From positions 1,154 to 65,153 of the IMG/VR virus record IMGVR_UViG_3300035670_000193: a stretch of DNA of 64,000 bases; one strand, written 5' to 3'. Position 1 is the first letter of the stretch. The number at the start of each line of letters is the position of its first letter. The position numbers and the translations under genes are program-made. Positions 60,150 through 64,000 of this stretch are shown piece after piece. The DNA comes from a virus. Taxonomy: Duplodnaviria > Caudoviricetes. Below the pieces are notes generated by a model, which was given only the letters and a program-made list of their open reading frames with translations, searched no databases and was not told the DNA's origin.

Positions 60150-60226
60150 GCTGGGGGAGTGAGCGCCACACATGGACGCCTATTCTTAAACAACAGCGAC
60201 TATCGGGAGATAGCCAACGTGCCCCT
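60150..60226 (+). ncRNA. Candidate small structured RNA
   Basis: GC-rich island with gggg/cccc ends, a gcgcca-caca-tggacgc hairpin and a ctatc-ggga-gatag GNRA hairpin. Confidence 0.35.
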
Positions 60227-60234
60227 TATTTTAT

Positions 60235-60310
60235 GCACCATTCGTCTATCGGTTTAGGACAACGCCCTTTCACGGCGTAAAGAGGGGTTCGATTCCCCTA
60301 TGGTGTACCA
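60235..60310 (+). tRNA. tRNA-Glu(TTC)
   Basis: acgcc-ctttcac-ggcgt; ACCA. Confidence 0.88.
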
Positions 60311-60312
60311 TT

Positions 60313-60397
60313 GGGTAGCGAGTAGCATTGGTGACTACACCTGACTGTAAATCAGGCGCCTCAGGCATACGGGGTTCGATTCCCTGGCTACCCACCA
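60313..60397 (+). tRNA. tRNA-Tyr(GTA)
   Basis: cctga-ctgtaaa-tcagg, variable arm, ACCA. Confidence 0.88.
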
Positions 60398-60505
60398 TAT
60401 TGAAGTGCATTACTCTCAGCAACAAAGAGCATCTGCGGAGAGGACACGATAACGCTCGACACAATCGAGGCTGCACGGTCGCCGACTCAGTAGTGTGCTT
60501 CAATA
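60398..60505 (+). ncRNA. Long-stem spacer element 2 (candidate structured RNA)
   Basis: 17-bp terminal stem tattgaagtgcattact/agtagtgtgcttcaata (with G-U pairs), related to element 1. Confidence 0.5.
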
Positions 60506-60506
60506 T

Positions 60507-60584
60507 GGTTCGTTAGAATAGCTGGCCTAATTCGTCTGCCTGTCACGCAGAAGACCACGGGTTCGAATCCCGTACGGACCGCCA
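60507..60584 (+). tRNA. tRNA-Asp(GTC)
   Basis: tctgc-ctgtcac-gcaga; GCCA. Confidence 0.88.
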
Positions 60585-60610
60585 TTTGTTTTTAATAAAA
60601 AGGATCCAAA

Positions 60611-61096
60611 ATGCCAAATTATGATTTTGCAAAAGACTTGCCAATCGCTAAGAAAACAGAAAAACAAATTGCTGATTATCTTTGTGAAACGCAAGACATG
60701 AGTTTGGTTGGAACATCAGATACAATTAGTGGTGTTCGTAAATCAGATTTTGATGTGCGTATGAAATTTAATAAAAGTGGAAAAGTTGTTGATATTGAAA
60801 TCAAAGAAGATTTTAGTTGTGCGAGAACAGGTAATATAGGTGTTGAATTTTCTAGTTGGGGTCGCCAATCAGGAATTGAAGTGTCTAAGGCAGACTACTA
60901 CCTATATAAAGTTCACACAGCAGATGGTCGAAAAAGTGTATACATAATTCAGACAAAAAAATTAAAAGAAATGATTGAAAATAAACTCTATCATCGTATT
61001 GTTACGGGGGGTGACCCTGGTTCTGAAAGTAAAAATTATTTGTTTACATTGGCAGTAGTAAAAGAGAATTTTAAATTTTTAGGTTTCATTGTCTAG
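60611..61096 (+). CDS. PD-(D/E)XK nuclease-fold protein inside the tRNA array
   Basis: E..FDV..DIEIKED..TGNIGVE..SGI..SKADYY motif; AAGGA RBS. Confidence 0.65.
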   Translation: MPNYDFAKDLPIAKKTEKQIADYLCETQDMSLVGTSDTISGVRKSDFDVRMKFNKSGKVVDIEIKEDFSCARTGNIGVEFSSWGRQSGIEVSKADYYLYKVHTADGRKSVYIIQTKKLKEMIENKLYHRIVTGGDPGSESKNYLFTLAVVKENFKFLGFIV

Positions 61097-61165
61097 TAGC
61101 TCAGTTGGTAGAGTAGATGACTGTTAATCATTTGGTCCCTGGTTCGAGCCCAGGCTAGACAGCCA
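61090..61165 (+). tRNA. tRNA-Asn(GTT)
   Basis: gatga-ctgttaa-tcatt; GCCA; overlaps the nuclease stop codon. Confidence 0.88.
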
Positions 61166-61170
61166 GTTTC

Positions 61171-61246
61171 GCCGGAGTAGCTCAGTCGGTAGAGCAGCTC
61201 ACTTGTAATGAGAAGGTCGAGGGTTCGATTCCTTTCTCCGGCACCA
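61171..61246 (+). tRNA. tRNA-Thr(TGT)
   Basis: ctca-cttgtaa-tgag; ACCA. Confidence 0.9.
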
Positions 61247-61249
61247 AAT

Positions 61250-61326
61250 TGCGGGTTAGTAGTTCTGGAGAACTCATCGGTCTCATAAGCCGGTCTAGGT
61301 AGGTTCGATTCCTGCACCCGCTACCA
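61250..61326 (+). tRNA. tRNA-Met(CAT), initiator-like
   Basis: U1-U72 mismatch, tcggt-ctcataa-gccgg, ACCA. Confidence 0.75.
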
Positions 61327-61328
61327 AA

Positions 61329-61562
61329 CCCGCTGGGGTAACGCCCGGCTACTGTGACCCGCAGGAAGTGAAGTGAGTTCGTTACTCAGGGGTGGTTCCC
61401 CTCCTTGGATGGAGGCATCGAAAGGTGGGTCTTACCGAACCGGCGTTGGCAATACGAGAATCCTTTGTGGTCGAGGAGTGGGCGGAAGGAGAGCAGGTAA
61501 GACTGGAAGATATCTCGGTCAGTAAGTCTCTCTATAATTACCACCGTACAAAGGAAGCATCT
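61329..61562 (+). ncRNA. Candidate ~230-nt structured RNA of unknown class
   Basis: GC-rich non-tRNA segment between tRNA-Met and tRNA-Pro with several short and long-range helices. Confidence 0.55.
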
Positions 61563-61565
61563 TTT

Positions 61566-61644
61566 CCGAGATTAGGCTAGTCTGGTTTAAGTCGCCTGCT
61601 TTGGGAGCAGGAAATCGCAGGTTCGAATCCTGCATCTCGGACCA
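61566..61644 (+). tRNA. tRNA-Pro(TGG)
   Basis: cctgc-tttggga-gcagg; C1-G72, ACCA. Confidence 0.9.
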
Positions 61645-61661
61645 AATTCTAGGAGGTAAAT

Positions 61662-61859
61662 ATGGCAGATGGTGGTAAAGGAAGTAATTCAAGACCATTT
61701 AGTGTCGATAAAAAAACTTTTGATAAAAATTGGGATGCAATTTTCAAAAACAATGAAGAAAGAAGAGAAAAAATAGAGAAGTTAAATAATGAATATCAAG
61801 ACATTCTTTCAACAGAAGAATGTGTAATTGAAGCTCTTAATAAAATTGAAAAAAAATAA
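61662..61859 (+). CDS. Small hypothetical protein
   Basis: AGGAGG RBS; MADGGKGS..RP.SV...F..NWDAIF pattern. Confidence 0.65.
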   Translation: MADGGKGSNSRPFSVDKKTFDKNWDAIFKNNEERREKIEKLNNEYQDILSTEECVIEALNKIEKK

Positions 61860-63343
61860 TGAATCATGCTTTAATATTTAATTTGGGTACAGATAAAAAT
61901 GGTTACACAGTTAGGTCTGTGGGAGCATATAGAATCGCATCTTTTTTGCGTGAACACCAATGGGATGTGGAGGTCATAGATTTTTTTGATACATTTGAAA
62001 TAAATGAATTATTTAATTTATTGAAAAGTAGAGTTAATAAAAATACTAAATTTTTTGGTTTAAGTTGGCTTTTTCCATACTACGATAATGATTTGAATTT
62101 AAAATTAGAAACGATAAAGGTCACATATAAAACAATACCTATAATATCTGGTTCTAATGCTCATTTAAATATGAACTATGATGCAATTGATTATCATGTT
62201 TATGGTTATGGTGAAAATGCTCTTTTAGAATTATTAAAATATTTGTTTTCGAATAGCAATAGACCACCATTTAATATTAATTTAAATGGTCACAAGACAA
62301 AATATTTGGATGCAAACAAATATTATCCTTCTTTTCCTATGCCAGACTTGACTGTGAGATATGAAAAAAGAGATTTCTTATTAAAAGATGAATTTTTAAA
62401 TACACAAATGTCCAGAGGTTGTATATTTAAATGTAAATTTTGTAATTTTCCAAACATAGGTATTAAAGATGATTACACAAGGTCTGTTGAAAGTATTGAT
62501 GAGGAATTAAGATTAAATTATGACCAATGGGGAATAAAAAATTATGTTTTAGCAGATGAAACTTTTAATGACAGAACTGAAAAAATAATTAAGTATGCTG
62601 ATGCTGTTGAAAAATTAAATTTTAAACCTTGGTTTTCAGCTTTTATGAAACCAGAATTAATGGCTACAAGAAGAGGAGATTGGGAACATCTAGTGAGAAT
62701 GGGAGTTTTTGGACATTTCTATGGCATAGAATCTTTTAATAAAGAAACAAGAAAAATTATTTACAAAGGATATGATGCCGATAAAATGAAAGCAAAAGTT
62801 TTAGAAATTTCAAATTACTTTAAATCTTACAATTCGAACTCATTAGTAACTTTAAGTTTTATTGTTGGTTTACCTGAAGAAACAAAAGAAACTATAAAAG
62901 AAACAAAAAAATGGTTGATAGATAATTGGAAAAATGATAACACAGTTGTTTTTGCACTATCATTATCTAAAGGTTTAAATGAAAGAAAATCTGAGTTAGA
63001 TTTAACTTGTCAAAATTATGGATATATTGAAATGACTGAACATGAAGTTATAGAAGAAATAAAAAAACAATCTGTGTTTAGTCAAGGTTTAATGACACCT
63101 ACAGTTCTTCATTGGAAAAATAAACATATGAACTATTTGGATGCTTGTAAAATAGCTGATGATTTTTTCAAATCAACTCACAACGCAAGTACTAAAAAAC
63201 CAGACATTTTTGGTATGGGTGCCTTTGGTATTGATGGTGATGTAGAAGATAGAATCAAATTTGGTAATGTTGATTTTATTGATATTAGTAAAAGAGCAAA
63301 TGAAAAAATTAAAAATTATAGAGATAAAAAATTATCACTATAA
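61859..63343 (+). CDS. Radical SAM protein with cobalamin-binding-like N-terminus
   Basis: SRGCIFKCKFC (CxxxCxxC), DETFND, GIESF, FIVGLP.ET; N-terminal GAYRIA..G.GE. Confidence 0.85.
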   Translation: MNHALIFNLGTDKNGYTVRSVGAYRIASFLREHQWDVEVIDFFDTFEINELFNLLKSRVNKNTKFFGLSWLFPYYDNDLNLKLETIKVTYKTIPIISGSNAHLNMNYDAIDYHVYGYGENALLELLKYLFSNSNRPPFNINLNGHKTKYLDANKYYPSFPMPDLTVRYEKRDFLLKDEFLNTQMSRGCIFKCKFCNFPNIGIKDDYTRSVESIDEELRLNYDQWGIKNYVLADETFNDRTEKIIKYADAVEKLNFKPWFSAFMKPELMATRRGDWEHLVRMGVFGHFYGIESFNKETRKIIYKGYDADKMKAKVLEISNYFKSYNSNSLVTLSFIVGLPEETKETIKETKKWLIDNWKNDNTVVFALSLSKGLNERKSELDLTCQNYGYIEMTEHEVIEEIKKQSVFSQGLMTPTVLHWKNKHMNYLDACKIADDFFKSTHNASTKKPDIFGMGAFGIDGDVEDRIKFGNVDFIDISKRANEKIKNYRDKKLSL

Positions 63344-63354
63344 GTAATAAAATA

Positions 63355-63430
63355 GGGGATGTAGCTCAGTTGGGAGAGCAGGTGCTTTGCAAGCATCAGG
63401 TCGCAGGTTCGAAGCCTGTCATCTCCACCA
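63355..63430 (+). tRNA. tRNA-Ala(TGC)
   Basis: G3-U70, ggtgc-tttgcaa-gcatc, ACCA. Confidence 0.9.
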
Positions 63431-63434
63431 TAAT

Positions 63435-63507
63435 GCGGGAGTTCTCCTGGGAGAGGACTCAGCCTTCCAAGCTGATGGAGAGGGTTCGAATCCCTTCTCC
63501 CGCTCCA
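63435..63507 (+). tRNA. tRNA-Gly(TCC)
   Basis: tcagc-cttccaa-gctga, U73, CCA; atypical D arm. Confidence 0.82.
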
Positions 63508-63513
63508 AATAAT

Positions 63514-63598
63514 GCGATTGTGGTGAAATAGGTAGACACAAGAGACTTAAAATCTCTCGACTTCGGTCGTGCCGGTTCGATTCCGGCCAATCGCACCA
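63514..63598 (+). tRNA. tRNA-Leu(TAA)
   Basis: agaga-cttaaaa-tctct, variable arm, ACCA. Confidence 0.9.
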
Positions 63599-63603
63599 AA
63601 TAT

Positions 63604-63679
63604 CCGACCGTAGCGTAGTGGATAACGCAGGTGTCTTCTAAACATCTATACGGGGGTTCGATTCCTCCCGGTCGGGCCA
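63604..63679 (+). tRNA. tRNA-Arg(TCT)
   Basis: ggtgt-cttctaa-acatc; GCCA. Confidence 0.87.
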
Positions 63680-63758
63680 TATGGATAAATAATAAGTTGT
63701 GAGTATTGCCATTTTCTTTTGATTTAAATAATGTAAACTACAAAAGGAAAAGGCTAAA

Positions 63759-64000
63759 ATGAAAAAAATAATTGTCGGAATCGTTATGATGACGGCGGCT
63801 GTTTCAGTATTCGCACAAGCTATTGTAACTGAATCTACATCCAATAGCACAACAAATTCAAATTCAAAATCTGAGACTACTGTAAAGTCTCCACCTCCAT
63901 CAGCAATTGCGCCATCAGTCAACACGATGAACAATGACCTATGTACTGTAGGCGTATCTGGTGCAGCACAAACACAAATTCTCGGTATTGAATTGGTTCT
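63759..64000 (+). CDS. Exported protein with signal peptide (3' truncated by the window edge)
   Basis: MKKIIVGIVMMTAAVSVFAQA signal peptide, then SPPPSAIAP..DLC; open to the window end. Confidence 0.65.
   Translation, partial: MKKIIVGIVMMTAAVSVFAQAIVTESTSNSTTNSNSKSETTVKSPPPSAIAPSVNTMNNDLCTVGVSGAAQTQILGIELV

Noticed and set aside
61329-61562. tmRNA, RNase P RNA or SRP RNA
   Set aside because: No tRNA-Ala-like ends or tag ORF, no GAGGAAAGUCC core, and no proper SRP helix 8 motif.
59336-61580. Short ORFs in the track across the tRNA array (e.g. 59336-59545, 59696-59905, 60270-60503, 61093-61317, 61392-61580)
   Set aside because: They are shadows of tRNA or structured-RNA sequence, mostly antisense, with no RBS.
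59628-63598. tRNAs with anticodons written TAG, TGA and TAA as possible stop-codon suppressors or recoding
   Set aside because: These anticodons read CTA (Leu), TCA (Ser) and TTA (Leu). No CTA, TCA or TTA anticodon is present, and genes are intact in the standard code.

Overview
A 64-kb, AT-rich segment of a large T4-like myovirus genome, with essentially all genes on the + strand. The phasin-like gene and sigma70-type promoters suggest a proteobacterial host, but that is inference. In order, the window holds: (1) baseplate and tail-fibre genes (gp6 partial, gp7, gp8, a VrlC-like protein, several fibre/adhesin genes); (2) the neck-terminase-tail-head module gp13-gp23 plus gp3; (3) uvsY, uvsW, gp55, gp47, gp46, gp45, gp44, gp62 and regA, interleaved with accessory genes (2OG-Fe oxygenases, peptide deformylase, a DUF4338-like protein, a glycosyltransferase, a DUF5664-like nucleotide hydrolase, an EndoVII-like nuclease); (4) auxiliary genes (membrane protein, phasin-like, Hsp20, split HldE, cupin, dCMP deaminase, SpeD, HExxH peptidase); and (5) an array of 20 tRNAs containing unexplained structured RNAs, a PD-(D/E)XK nuclease and a radical SAM gene. 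The most striking unannotated element is the leader of the tRNA array. A sigma70 promoter drives a 38-codon leader ORF using 32 different codons, whose 3' end can pair with the 5' arm of an intrinsic terminator, followed by a boxA. This is the architecture of a ribosome-dependent attenuator that could switch on phage tRNA synthesis when almost any tRNA becomes limiting. All calls come from reading the sequence by eye; no database searches were run.
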